Positions 9,251 through 19,185 of a stretch of 64,000 nt of DNA are shown here, piece after piece. The DNA is from an uncultured Alloprevotella sp. (GTDB taxonomy: Bacteria > Bacteroidota > Bacteroidia > Bacteroidales > Bacteroidaceae): the NCBI GenBank assembly GCA_944320745.1, contig CALUIN010000006.1:16559-80558 (forward strand). The letters are read 5' to 3'. Each line of letters opens with the position of its first letter. The stretch's first letter is position 1. Position numbers and translations under genes: made by a program. The notes beneath the pieces are model-generated. The model ran no database searches. It had not been told where the DNA came from and saw nothing but the letters and a program-made list of their open reading frames with translations.

Positions 9251-11440
9251 TTACTGCGCCATCAGTTCCACGACGCAGCTCCGCGTTTTCGACAGCGAGA
9301 GCACGTTCAGTCCGATCTTCATCAGGTAGTCGCCGGAGAACACCTTGCCGTGGGCCGCCAGCGAAGACTTGCGCCCGGGCATCAGGTTGATTTCCTCCAC
9401 CTTGTACATGCGGGACGGATCGAGCCCCTGCAGGCGCACAGGCATCAGTTTCTCCTGGAAGCGCGGATAGATGTCGTAGGCAAAGAGTACGGCGTGGCTG
9501 CGCGCCTCGTCCACGTAGTTCACAGCCATGTGCTCCCCTTCGTAGGGCGACACCAGACGGTACTGCGCGCCGTCCATGATGACGGACTGCAGCCGTTTCC
9601 AGTTCGCCACGGCAGCCTGGCAGTACTGGAACTCCTGCTCGTTCATGCCGCTCAGATTTATATCGAAGCCGAGCTTGCACATCGAGGCCACGTCCGTACG
9701 GAACTTCACGGAGGTGCCGCGGCTCCAGTTGGTCACGTGAGCACACATGGCCTTCGCCGGCATGAACTGGGAAAAGCCCCACTGGATAAAGAGCCGCTCG
9801 ATGGGGTCCGTATTGTCCGAGCACCAGAACTCGGTGAAATACTTCAGCGCCTCGAAGTCACAGCGCGCGCCGCCGCCGGAGCAAAGCATCATCTGCACGT
9901 CAGGGTAGTTCTCGGCCAGGCGGTCCAGCACGTTGTACAGGCCGCGCACATAGTCAATGTATAGCTGTCCCTGCCTGTCCTTCAGGTAAGGAGAATAGAT
10001 ATTGGTGATGGGACTGTTGCAGTCCCACTTGAAGTACTTCACACCGGGATTCTCCTTCAGGATGCCCTCCAGGACGCCGTACACATAGTCCTGCACCTTC
10101 GGATTGCTAAGGTCCAGCACCAGCTGGTTACGGTAATAGTACGTCTTCCGGTTGGGCAGGTGGATCGCCCAGTCGGGATGCTTCTCGAACATCTCGCTCT
10201 TGGGGTTCACCATCTCGGGCTCCACCCAGATGCCGAATTTCACGCCTGCCTTCTCGGCCGCGCTGACCAGGGCCGGTATGCCGCCGGGCAGCTTGTCGTG
10301 CGTGACGGTCCAGTCGCCCAGGCCGGCGCGGTCGTTGCTGCGCGGATATTTGTTGCCGAACCATCCGTCGTCCAGCAGGAACATGTCCACGCCGAGCTTC
10401 TTGGCCTCCTCGATCACGGAGACCAGTTTTGCCTCGTCGAAGTTGAAGCCCGTGTACTCCCAGTTATTGAGCAGCGTCATGCGCGTGCCCTCGCCGTCCT
10501 TCAGCTGGTAGCGGCGCGCCCATTGGTGAAAGTTGCGGCTGCCCTGCCCCGTGCCTTCATAGCTCAAGGTAAAGATGAACTCCGGGGTGCGGAACACCTC
10601 GCCGGCCTTCAGCTCGTAGAGGGAGGCGTAGGGATTGATGGCCGGGATGACGCGCAGGTCGCCCACGTTGTCCACCTCGAAGGTGAAGCGGTAATTGCCG
10701 GTCCAACCTATCGTGCCCATAAGCACCGTACCGGCATGTTCGTCCACGGGCTGCCCGAGCCCTACTTCGAAGAACGGATACATGTGCATGGCCGCACGGC
10801 TGCCGAGCTTCGTGTCGAGCACTTTCTTGCCGGGCTGCAGGCGCTGCGTGCTCATCTGCACCTCGTGCGCCCAGTCGCCGCTAAACTCCGTCAGGTAGTA
10901 GCTCGGCTGGCTGAAGTAGAGCATGGTCGAGGCGTAAGCGGACAGCTGCACGGGCTTCTTCTCCTCGTGCCGTATCTCGCTCCAGGTCTTGTAGATATTC
11001 TCCTCGGGATAAACCACATAGTGCAACGTGACGTAGAGCGGATACTGGTCATCCTTCAGCTCGATGACGGTCTCCGTACCGCCCTTGACGGCGCGCGTCG
11101 TGGACGACTGGTAGTAAAGGAAGGTTGAGGGATTGCCGTCGCTGTGCGTGATGCCCACGGCCGGCTCGAAGTAGGACTCGTTACCGGAACCGGGATAAAC
11201 TTCCCAGCCACGGCCGGCCACGCCATTGCCCGATCCGGCATGGACGGACCATGCCTCGGAGGGAATGGTCACGTTGTCCGCCAGGCGCGGCCCGAGATAG
11301 GTCTGGTAAAGGCGGCCGTTTCCGCTCACTTGCAACACCAGGTCGGTGTTGTCGGTCGACATGCGGATGACGCGTTCCTCGCCTGCTGCGGGCTGGACGG
11401 CCACGGCGAGGGCAAAGAGCGCTGTCGCGAAATGCTTCAT
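9251..11440 (-). CDS. Alpha-galactosidase, glycoside hydrolase family 36, with signal peptide
   Basis: LNNWE..FNF, FLLDDGWFG, GLGDW, FGIWVEPEMVN, YFKWDCN, CSGGGAR, WCSDNTD; N-terminal Sec signal peptide. Confidence 0.93.
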   Translation of the reverse strand: MKHFATALFALAVAVQPAAGEERVIRMSTDNTDLVLQVSGNGRLYQTYLGPRLADNVTIPSEAWSVHAGSGNGVAGRGWEVYPGSGNESYFEPAVGITHSDGNPSTFLYYQSSTTRAVKGGTETVIELKDDQYPLYVTLHYVVYPEENIYKTWSEIRHEEKKPVQLSAYASTMLYFSQPSYYLTEFSGDWAHEVQMSTQRLQPGKKVLDTKLGSRAAMHMYPFFEVGLGQPVDEHAGTVLMGTIGWTGNYRFTFEVDNVGDLRVIPAINPYASLYELKAGEVFRTPEFIFTLSYEGTGQGSRNFHQWARRYQLKDGEGTRMTLLNNWEYTGFNFDEAKLVSVIEEAKKLGVDMFLLDDGWFGNKYPRSNDRAGLGDWTVTHDKLPGGIPALVSAAEKAGVKFGIWVEPEMVNPKSEMFEKHPDWAIHLPNRKTYYYRNQLVLDLSNPKVQDYVYGVLEGILKENPGVKYFKWDCNSPITNIYSPYLKDRQGQLYIDYVRGLYNVLDRLAENYPDVQMMLCSGGGARCDFEALKYFTEFWCSDNTDPIERLFIQWGFSQFMPAKAMCAHVTNWSRGTSVKFRTDVASMCKLGFDINLSGMNEQEFQYCQAAVANWKRLQSVIMDGAQYRLVSPYEGEHMAVNYVDEARSHAVLFAYDIYPRFQEKLMPVRLQGLDPSRMYKVEEINLMPGRKSSLAAHGKVFSGDYLMKIGLNVLSLSKTRSCVVELMAQ

Positions 11441-11636
11441 GATAGTTCGTAGATTTATAGCGTTAAAGAATAGGTGTGCTTTTGTCGCATGACGGTACGT
11501 CCGTTACGAGGTGCAAGTATAATATTTTACATTCAGAAGTATGATTTTCACCATCCGAAAAAAACTTCTCACTTCGCCGAGCGGCACGCCGCGCTGCAGC
11601 CCTGGGCCGCCGCCGGAAAGATAAGTCCCCGCGCCG

Positions 11637-11741
11637 ACGAGCCCTGGCCCCGTCCGCACGCGCCTTAGCCCCGTCCGCACACGCCTTAGCCCAGTCCGCA
11701 CGCGCCTTAGCCCCGTCCGCACACGCCTTAGCCCCATCCGC
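11637..11741. repeat. 21-bp phased quasi-palindromic array 2 (5 units)
   Basis: acgagcCCTGGccccgt-ccgc, acgcgcCTTAGccccgt-ccgc, acacgcCTTAGcccagt-ccgc, acgcgcCTTAGccccgt-ccgc, acacgcCTTAGccccat-ccgc; exact 21-bp period. Confidence 0.95.
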
Positions 11742-11897
11742 CGGGCACACGGTCAGGCCTACGCGGGACCTCTGTGCAGAGGCTGGCGGTCCGTAGCCGA
11801 CCGGCTCATCTGGCGGCACAAAAAAGGCGCCCGGGTCCGTCATTGGGCAGTCCCGGACGCGATATGCCGTACAAACGGGCTGTGGATAGTGCGTGGC

Positions 11898-13091
11898 TTA
11901 GTGCAGACGCGCAAGAGCCTCGGCTACGCGGCGCATGGCCTCGCAGATGTTCTCGTCGCTCGTGGCGTAGCTCATGCGGATGCAGTCCGGCGAACCGAAC
12001 GCGGCTCCGCCGACCGTGGCCACGTGGCCTTCTTCGAGCAGGTACATGGCCAGGTCCATGCTGTCGTTGATCACGCGCTTGCCGTCCGTTTTGCCGAAAT
12101 AGAAACTGCAGCGGGGGAAGAGGTAGAAGGCGCCATGCGGCTCGTTGACCTCGAGCCCGGGGATCTGGCGCGCCAGGCGGACAATGAGATCGCGGCGGCG
12201 CTCAAAGGCCTGCCGCATCTGCTCAACGCAGTCCTGCGAGCCGTTGTAGGCTGCCTCGGCCGCTTTCTGCGAAACGGAGCAGGGGCCGCTCGTGTACTGT
12301 CCCTGCAGCTTGTTGCAGCCCTTCACCACCCACTCGGGCCCTGCGATGTAGCCTATGCGCCAGCCGGTCATGGCGTAAGCCTTGGACACGCCGTTGACCA
12401 CGACAACGCGCTCGCGCACGCTCTCGAACTGGGCTATGCTCTCGTGGCGGCCCACGTAGTTGATGTGTTCATAGATTTCGTCCGAAACGACCATGACACG
12501 CTCATGACGGGCCAGCACGTCGGCCAGACCGTGAAGCTCATCGCGCGAATAAACGGAGCCGGTCGGGTTGCTGGGCGAACAGAGAATGAGCGCGCGCGTG
12601 GCGGGCGTGATGGCGGCCTCGAGCTGCGCGGGCGTTATCTTGAAGTCCTGCTCAATGGGTGCGGAGACGATGACGGGCGTGCCGCCGGCCAGCTTGACCA
12701 TTTCGGGGTAGCTCACCCAGTAGGGCGCCGGGATGATAACTTCGTCGCCGGGATTGACCAGCGCCATGAGCGTGTTGCAGACGGACTGCTTGGCGCCGTT
12801 GGACACGCTGATGGCCGACGGAGCGTAGTCCAGCCCGTTCTCGCGCTGGAGCTTGGCGGAAATGGCCTCGCGCAGCGACAGGTAGCCGGCAACGGGGCTG
12901 TAGCGGGAATAGTTCTCGTCGATAGCCTGCTTGGCAGCGGCCTTGATGTGGGCGGGCGTGTTGAAGTCGGGCTCGCCCACGCTCATATTAATAATGTCAA
13001 TGCCTTGCGCCCGAAGTTCGCCGCTCTTCTGGGACATGGCGAGCGTGGCGGACGGAGAAAGACGGTTCAAGCGATTCGATAGTTCGTTCAT
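11898..13091 (-). CDS. aspC: PLP-dependent class I/II aminotransferase (aspartate aminotransferase-like)
   Basis: GEPDF, GAKQ, PYWVSY, SPSNPTG, SDEIY, and the PLP lysine motif GVSKAYAMTGWRIG. Confidence 0.88.
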   Translation of the reverse strand: MNELSNRLNRLSPSATLAMSQKSGELRAQGIDIINMSVGEPDFNTPAHIKAAAKQAIDENYSRYSPVAGYLSLREAISAKLQRENGLDYAPSAISVSNGAKQSVCNTLMALVNPGDEVIIPAPYWVSYPEMVKLAGGTPVIVSAPIEQDFKITPAQLEAAITPATRALILCSPSNPTGSVYSRDELHGLADVLARHERVMVVSDEIYEHINYVGRHESIAQFESVRERVVVVNGVSKAYAMTGWRIGYIAGPEWVVKGCNKLQGQYTSGPCSVSQKAAEAAYNGSQDCVEQMRQAFERRRDLIVRLARQIPGLEVNEPHGAFYLFPRCSFYFGKTDGKRVINDSMDLAMYLLEEGHVATVGGAAFGSPDCIRMSYATSDENICEAMRRVAEALARLH

Positions 13092-13138
13092 ATTGCAAAT
13101 ATATTGTGTGGTTGATGGTCGGTCGGAGGCTCTGCCGT

Positions 13139-13852
13139 TCAGTTGCGGCTGACGCCGAAGAAGCGGAGCAGGTAGAGGAAGAGGTTGACGAAATCCAGGT
13201 AGAGCGTGAGGCTGCCCAGCAAGGCCAGCTTCATGGTGCCTTCGCTTACCTCCGTACCGTGCATGCGTAGCATCTGCTTGATTTTCTGCGTGTCGTAAGC
13301 CGTCAGGCCGGCGAAGATGAGCACGCCGAGATAGGTGAGCCCCCAGTAGAGTGCGGAGCTGGCCACAAAGCAGTTGACGACCGTAGCGATGAGCAGCCCG
13401 ATGAGCGCCATGTAGAGGAAGCGCCCCACGGCGGAAAGGTCGCGCTTCACGAAGTAGCCCACAAGGGACATGGCGCCGAACATACCGGCCGTGACGAAGA
13501 AGGTCGTCGTGATGGCCTCAGGGGAATAGACGTAGAAAATGACGGAGAGGGTGACGCCGTTGAGCAAGGCATAGACGGCAAAAAGCACGCCGGCCGTGGC
13601 GAAGGACATGCGCATGATGCGCGCGCTGAAATAGAAGACGACGCCTAACTCGGCGATGATCAGCGCCCAGAAAGTAAGCCGGCTGCCGAAGATGGCTTGC
13701 ATGAGTCCGGCATTGCCGGCGACGTAGGCCGCGGCCAGACCGGTCATGGCCAGACCCAGCGTCATCCAGAGATAGACTTTCCGCATAAGGGCGGTGAACA
13801 CGGCGGCCGACTGGCTACGGCCGAGGACTTCGAGGACTTTTTCTTGTTCCAT
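13139..13852 (-). CDS. BAX inhibitor-1/YccA family membrane protein
   Basis: Seven TM helices; KVYLWM, LTAYDTQKIK, LTLYLDFVNLFLYLLR. Confidence 0.9.
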   Translation of the reverse strand: MEQEKVLEVLGRSQSAAVFTALMRKVYLWMTLGLAMTGLAAAYVAGNAGLMQAIFGSRLTFWALIIAELGVVFYFSARIMRMSFATAGVLFAVYALLNGVTLSVIFYVYSPEAITTTFFVTAGMFGAMSLVGYFVKRDLSAVGRFLYMALIGLLIATVVNCFVASSALYWGLTYLGVLIFAGLTAYDTQKIKQMLRMHGTEVSEGTMKLALLGSLTLYLDFVNLFLYLLRFFGVSRN

Positions 13853-13911
13853 GATGTTTCGGTTTGGGGTGGGTTTGAGGCGGCAGCGGGGGATTCCGCC
13901 TGCCGCGCATG

Positions 13912-15126
13912 TTACTTGTTGAAATGGAGCGTGTGGCCCATGCGTTCCTTTTTGGTGCGCAGGTAGCGCTCGTTATAGGGATTGGGGGTGATTTCGATGG
14001 GGACGTTCTCTACGATTTCAAGTCCGTAGGCCTCGAGCCCGACGCGCTTGACGGGATTGTTCGTGAGCAGGCGCATTTTCTTCACGCCCAGCATCCCGAG
14101 GATCTGCGCGCCGACTCCATAGTCGCGCTCGTCGGGGTCGTAGCCCAGATGCACGTTGGCGTCGACCGTGTCGTAACCCTCTTCCTGCAGCTTGTAGGCG
14201 GCGATTTTGGCCATCAGTCCGATGCCGCGCCCTTCCTGGTTCAGGTAGAGCACGACGCCTTTCCCTTCCTGGTCGACCATGCGCATGGCCTTGTGGAGCT
14301 GCTCGCCGCAGTCGCAGCGCTCGGACCCGAAGATGTCGCCTGTCATGCAGGAGGAATGCACCCGCACGAGGACGGGCTCATCCGGCTCCCACGAACCTTT
14401 GATCAAGGCCACGTGCTCCAGCTGGTTACTCTTCTGGCGGAAGGGAATCAGGCGGAAATGTCCGTACTCAGTCGGCATGTCCACTTCCTCGCCTTTCTCA
14501 ACGAGACACTCGGTGCGCAGCCTGTAGGCGATGAGGTCCTTGATGGTGATGATCTTGAGGCCGTGGCGCGCGGCAAACTCTTGCAACTGGGGCATACGGG
14601 CCATGGTCCCATCATCGTTGAGTATTTCGATGAGGCACGCGGCGGGCTGCAGCCCGGCCATACGGGCGAGGTCGACAGCGGCTTCGGTGTGGCCGGCGCG
14701 TGCCAGGACGCCGCGGTCCTGAGCGTAGAGCGGATTGATATGCCCGGGGCGGCCAAAGCTCTCGGGGCGACTGTCGGGATTGGCCAGCGCGCGGATGGTG
14801 GCGGCCCTGTCGTGGCAGCTCACGCCCGTAGTGCAACCTTCCAGCAGGTCTACGGTGACGGTGAAGGGGGTACCCAGCATGCTTGTGTTGTCCTGCACCT
14901 GGTGCGGCAGGTCTAACTGCCGGCAGCGCTCGATAGTCACTGGAGCGCAGAGGACACCGCGGCCGTTGCGGAGCATAAAGTTGACAGCTTCCGGGGTAAC
15001 GAGTTCGGCGGCCATGATAAGGTCGCCCTCGTTTTCCCGGTCTTCGTCGTCGACGACTATAACGAACTTGCCTTCCTTGAAGTCGGCAATGGCTTCTTCG
15101 ATAGTTGCTAATCGGTTTTTTTCCAT
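13912..15126 (-). CDS. ribBA: Bifunctional DHBP synthase / GTP cyclohydrolase II
   Basis: [67 protein letters not shown]. Start at ATG 15126. Confidence 0.96.
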   Translation of the reverse strand: MEKNRLATIEEAIADFKEGKFVIVVDDEDRENEGDLIMAAELVTPEAVNFMLRNGRGVLCAPVTIERCRQLDLPHQVQDNTSMLGTPFTVTVDLLEGCTTGVSCHDRAATIRALANPDSRPESFGRPGHINPLYAQDRGVLARAGHTEAAVDLARMAGLQPAACLIEILNDDGTMARMPQLQEFAARHGLKIITIKDLIAYRLRTECLVEKGEEVDMPTEYGHFRLIPFRQKSNQLEHVALIKGSWEPDEPVLVRVHSSCMTGDIFGSERCDCGEQLHKAMRMVDQEGKGVVLYLNQEGRGIGLMAKIAAYKLQEEGYDTVDANVHLGYDPDERDYGVGAQILGMLGVKKMRLLTNNPVKRVGLEAYGLEIVENVPIEITPNPYNERYLRTKKERMGHTLHFNK

Positions 15127-15146
15127 AATAAATTTTAGGAGATGTC

Positions 15147-17303
15147 TTATTGTAAACGGAAGTCCTTCCGCGCGGACGTCTCGGACCGGGCGGGCGCCTG
15201 CGGCGTGCGTTCGTGGGACTGCGGGGCGCGGTCCGGCGCGCGGCGGGACGATTGCCGCACGTAGTCGTACACGTACATGCCCAGCAGGAACGCCAGCACG
15301 ACGCCGGCCACCAGGGCGAGCACCCGCTTCCAATGGCGGCGGCGCTGCCGTTGCGTATTTTCGCTCTCCTCGGCGGCGGCCGCGCCGGCCTCTTCCGGGT
15401 GGAGCAGCCGGCCAATGCGCAGTTCCAGGCGTTCGCTGCCATTCACGATCTGACGCAGGTCGCGCGCCAGCCGCAGGCGGAAGCGCCAGATGCGCAGCCA
15501 AATCAGCAAGCCGACGGGGAAGAGTATGCCCGCCGCCACGTTCACCCACTTCCGCGCGAAGGGCGTAGTGTGGGCGTGCACGTAGATAATGGGCAACTCG
15601 TTCAGCTCCGTGAGCACTTGCGCGTCGCGGCTGTTGCCGAGCTCCTCGACTATGGCCTCCAGCTGCTCGTCTATGGCTTCCATGTGGTGGTCCGCGCTGT
15701 GGTGGAAGAAAAGGCGGAAATAGTTGGGCGCCGTCAGCAGACGCGCCTCGCGGCCATAGTCCAGGCAGGCCTGGCGCAGCCGCTCCAGCTCGGTCGCCAC
15801 GCGGGCGTAGTCCGGGTCGTTGATAATGACTTCCTTGCGGGCGATGTGTCGCCGCGAGCGCAGGCCCAGCAGGCGGCGGATGAAGGAGATGTAGACCTCC
15901 GCGTTGAACACGACGGAGTCCTTGTTGGCCTTATAGGTGAGGAATACGCCGAACGGCAGCAGGACCATGCTGCTGAGCCACATGCCGAAGACAACGTTCC
16001 ACGAACCCTCCTTCGACATCTTCGTGCCCGACGTGTTGATGATGTAGTAAAAGATGAAAATCAGCACGGATATGACGGCCGGCATGCCCAGCCCGCCCTT
16101 GCGGATGATGGCCCCGAGAGGCGCGCCCACGAAGAAGAACAGCAGGCAAGAGAGCGAGAGCGTGAGTTTCTGATGCCACTCCACCCAGTGCGTGCGGATA
16201 TAATTGTCGCCGTCCGCCGTAATCACGCTTTTCCACTCCAGCTCCATCTCGTGCGAGCGCACGTTGGCCTGCGTGTTCTGCAGGGCCTGCTGCATGCGCT
16301 CCGGCGCCACGCGGGCCAGGAGCGAGTCGAAATTGACGGCAGGCGACTGCGCGCGCTGCACGGCCCGGACAGAGTCGGCGCGGTCCAGTTTCGGGCTGCG
16401 GAACCACGTAGCGGCCAATTCCTTGTGGTAAGCGCGGCCCACACTGTCCATCTGATGCTCCATAGAGTCCACGCTGAGGGAAATCTGCTCCATATTCTTC
16501 ACGCGCGGCTGGTTGCGCAACAGGTTCTCGTCCATCAGCGCGAAGTTGCTGTCGAAGTCGATGATGAACTGCTTGTACTGAAACGTCTCCCGATCATAGG
16601 GCACGCTGGCCGCGGAGAGCGCGGAATAATTTTGCTGCTGCAGGTTTTCAAACTGCTCGCCGCTCCACAGGTCCAGCTTCAAGTGCAGTTTGTCCGCCGT
16701 CATCTCCATGCGCCCCGAATCCGCCAGGACAATCTGCGCGCGGTCAAAGCCTTGGTCCGTCTTGTAGATAATAAGCTGGTAGAGCATGCCCGTCTCGCTG
16801 TCCTTGCGCTCCACGTAGAGGTTGATGTTCGGTACGTCGCTGTAAAACACGCCTTCCGGAATCTCCACGGCGGGCGAGGACTGCTTCATGCTGATAAGGA
16901 GCGTCTGGAGGCTCATTTGCGCATGGGGCGCGGTGCTGTTCTGAAACACGAACGAGAGCACGGTCAGCGGCAGCACAATGAAAAGCACCGGCCGCATGAT
17001 GCGGATAAGCGGCACCCCGGCCGCCTTCATGGAAAGCAGCTCAAGCTGCTCGCCCATGTTGCCGAAGGTGATGAGCGACGCCAGCAGGACAGCCGGCGGC
17101 AACGCCATGGGCACCATCGTGATGCCCATGTACCAGAAAAACTGCGCCAGGATGTCCAGCGACAGCCCTTTGCCCACCAGTTCCTCCACGTAGCGCCACG
17201 TGAACTGCATCATAAAAACGAACAGGCATATAAAGAACGCGGCAGCAAAGAGCGGCAGGAACTTCCTTAATATATATAGGTCTATTTTCTTGATTCCAAT
17301 CAT
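15147..17303 (-). CDS. LptF/LptG family permease with long C-terminal extension
   Basis: [22 protein letters not shown], periplasmic region, [25 protein letters not shown]. Start at ATG 17303; TACATTTG on the minus strand at 17331-17338. Confidence 0.88.
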   Translation of the reverse strand: MIGIKKIDLYILRKFLPLFAAAFFICLFVFMMQFTWRYVEELVGKGLSLDILAQFFWYMGITMVPMALPPAVLLASLITFGNMGEQLELLSMKAAGVPLIRIMRPVLFIVLPLTVLSFVFQNSTAPHAQMSLQTLLISMKQSSPAVEIPEGVFYSDVPNINLYVERKDSETGMLYQLIIYKTDQGFDRAQIVLADSGRMEMTADKLHLKLDLWSGEQFENLQQQNYSALSAASVPYDRETFQYKQFIIDFDSNFALMDENLLRNQPRVKNMEQISLSVDSMEHQMDSVGRAYHKELAATWFRSPKLDRADSVRAVQRAQSPAVNFDSLLARVAPERMQQALQNTQANVRSHEMELEWKSVITADGDNYIRTHWVEWHQKLTLSLSCLLFFFVGAPLGAIIRKGGLGMPAVISVLIFIFYYIINTSGTKMSKEGSWNVVFGMWLSSMVLLPFGVFLTYKANKDSVVFNAEVYISFIRRLLGLRSRRHIARKEVIINDPDYARVATELERLRQACLDYGREARLLTAPNYFRLFFHHSADHHMEAIDEQLEAIVEELGNSRDAQVLTELNELPIIYVHAHTTPFARKWVNVAAGILFPVGLLIWLRIWRFRLRLARDLRQIVNGSERLELRIGRLLHPEEAGAAAAEESENTQRQRRRHWKRVLALVAGVVLAFLLGMYVYDYVRQSSRRAPDRAPQSHERTPQAPARSETSARKDFRLQ

Positions 17304-17430
17304 GCCCGGGACGAACCTGGTTCTATCGTGCAAATGTACTATATTTTTTTCATCCGCGCCACGCCCGGCGCCCAAAGAGCGCGTATTTCGCAAAAACTGA
17401 AGTGTAGAATGCACTTTTTTTGCCTAAACA

Positions 17431-17462
17431 TTTGGCCAATTCAAAAGAACTCCCTACTTTTG
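17431..17462 (+). promoter_or_regulatory. Complete Bacteroidota sigma-A promoter for the tRNA
   Basis: TTTG (17431-17434) - N20 - TACTTTTG (17455-17462). Confidence 0.8.
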
Positions 17463-17492
17463 CACCCGAAACGAAGAAATCACCGTTACAAC

Positions 17493-17566
17493 GGCGCGAT
17501 AGCTCAGCTGGTTAGAGCGCATGATTCATAATCATGAGGTCGACAGTTCAAGCCTGTCTCGCGCTA
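17493..17566 (+). tRNA. tRNA-Met(CAT), probably elongator (Ile2 not formally excluded)
   Basis: Acceptor stem GGCGCGA/TCGCGCT, D-arm GCTC..GAGC, anticodon arm CATGA-TTCATAA-TCATG, T-loop GTTCAAGC. No initiator features; CCA not encoded. Confidence 0.93.
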
Positions 17567-17578
17567 CGGTTACAGAAA

Positions 17579-17624
17579 GAAGACGGCATTGCACGACGCG
17601 GAACACGTTGGCAATGCCGTCTTC
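17579..17624 (+). terminator. Stem-loop downstream of tRNA-Met
   Basis: 14-bp perfect inverted repeat gaagacggcattgc / gcaatgccgtcttc. Confidence 0.65.
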
Positions 17625-17689
17625 GCGTATATACCGACCCCGGCCACACAGGCCCCTGCTTCGCCGGCACAAGTCCGGACATCGCCGGC

Positions 17690-17752
17690 ACGGGCCCTAG
17701 CCCCGTCGAAACACGCCTTAGCCCCGTCGAAACGCGCCTTAGCCCCGTAGGC
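17690..17752. repeat. 21-bp phased quasi-palindromic array 3 (3 units)
   Basis: acgggcCCTAGccccgt-cgaa, acacgcCTTAGccccgt-cgaa, acgcgcCTTAGccccgt-aggc. Confidence 0.92.
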
Positions 17753-17886
17753 GCGCACCCAGACGCCGGACCGGCAAAGGCCGGCCTGGCGGATTTTGCC
17801 ATACAGATTTTGCAAAGCGGGCAACGTAACCGAACTTTTTTACGTACCTTTGCGGCAAAAGAAACTTATCCATAAAATTCATACAC

Positions 17887-18906
17887 ATGGAACTTATCGA
17901 ACAACTGATTGCGCGTGCCAAAGCCAACAAGCAGCGCATCGTTCTCCCCGAGGGCACGGAAGAGCGCACCCTCAAGGCCGCCAACCAAGTCCTGACCGAC
18001 GGCGTGGCCGACCTGCTCCTCTTAGGAAATCCTGAAGAGATTCTCTCCCTCGCCAAGGAATGGGGACTCGGCAACATCGGGAAGGCCACCATCATTGACC
18101 CGCAGGATCACCCGAAAAAGGAAGAATACGCCCAGCTGCTCTGCGAGCTGCGCAAGAAAAAGGGCATGACCATCGAGGAAGCGCGCCAGAAAGTGCTCGA
18201 CCCGCTCTACCTGGGCTGCCTCATCATCAAGTCCGGCGAGGCCGACGGCCAGCTCGCCGGCGCCCGCAACACGACGGGCAACGTGCTGCGCCCCGCCCTA
18301 CAGATCATTAAGACCACGCCGGGCATCACGTGCGTCAGCGGCGCCATGCTGCTCCTCACCCACGCCCCCGAATGCGGCGACAACGGCGTGCTCGTCATGG
18401 GCGACGTGGCCGTAACCCCCGTGCCCGACGCCAACCAGCTGGCACAGATCGCCGTATGCACCGCCCGCACGGCCCAGGCCGTGGCCGGCATCACGCCCCG
18501 CGTGGCCATGCTGAGCTTCTCGACCAAGGGCTCGGCCAAGCACGAAGTGGTGGACAAGGTGGTGGAAGCCCTCGCCCAGGCCAAGGAAATGGCCCCCGAC
18601 CTGCTTATCGACGGCGAGCTGCAGGCCGACGCCGCCCTCGTACCCTCGGTAGGCGCCAGCAAGGCCCCGGGCAGCCCCGTGGCAGGCAACGCCAACGTGC
18701 TCGTGGTGCCCAACCTCGAGGTAGGCAACATCGGCTACAAGCTCGTACAACGCCTGGGCCACGCCACCGCCATCGGCCCCATTCTCCAGGGCATTGCCCG
18801 GCCGGTCAACGACCTGTCGCGCGGCTGCAGCATCGATGACGTATACAAAATGATAGCCATCACGGCCAACCAGGCCATAGCCGCCAAGGCCGCCGCAAAG
18901 AAATAA
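17887..18906 (+). CDS. pta: Phosphate acetyltransferase
   Basis: IVLPEG..ER, LRPALQIIKT, AMLSFSTKGS, DGELQADAA, PNLEVGNIGYK, GPILQG..PVNDLSRG. TACCTTTG at 17845-17852. Confidence 0.96.
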   Translation: MELIEQLIARAKANKQRIVLPEGTEERTLKAANQVLTDGVADLLLLGNPEEILSLAKEWGLGNIGKATIIDPQDHPKKEEYAQLLCELRKKKGMTIEEARQKVLDPLYLGCLIIKSGEADGQLAGARNTTGNVLRPALQIIKTTPGITCVSGAMLLLTHAPECGDNGVLVMGDVAVTPVPDANQLAQIAVCTARTAQAVAGITPRVAMLSFSTKGSAKHEVVDKVVEALAQAKEMAPDLLIDGELQADAALVPSVGASKAPGSPVAGNANVLVVPNLEVGNIGYKLVQRLGHATAIGPILQGIARPVNDLSRGCSIDDVYKMIAITANQAIAAKAAAKK

Positions 18907-19185
18907 GGGGCAGCCGGACCGCCGCACGGCCGGCCGTCCCTGCACCGCACACGCTGCCGCCGCGAGCTGCATCTGCCGGCCTGCGGCGGCAGCCATTTTT
19001 CCACGCAGCCGGAGGCGCGCCGCCCGGCAGCCACCGCGCCCCGCGGCAAAGTCCGCGCGCGGAAAAAGGCTGGCGCAAGTTTTCCCACAAGAAAAAATAA
19101 ACGTAATTTTGCGGGCGGCGCCGGCACGCGGTTCCGGCAAACCGGACGCCCCACATCGCATCCATACACAATACCACGATACAAC

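Noticed and set aside
11637-11741. 21-bp arrays as a CRISPR array
   Set aside because: Linkers are only 4 nt, the units are degenerate and dispersed over eight loci, and there is no leader or cas gene.
11463-11843. Short ORFs with heptad repeats (GLRRVRT / ADGAKAR / TGLSPV) here and at 5075, 17534, 32459, 38566, 43747 and 61650
   Set aside because: They are translations of the 21-bp DNA repeat. They appear on both strands and in different frames, with no consistent start or coding signal.
15127-15549. N-terminal extension or FMN riboswitch upstream of ribBA
   Set aside because: The region is the 3' coding end of the LptF-like gene; only 20 nt separate the two genes.
17493-17760. tRNA-Met as an integration site for an island
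   Set aside because: No integrase, no duplicated tRNA 3' end that I could see, and core genes on both sides.
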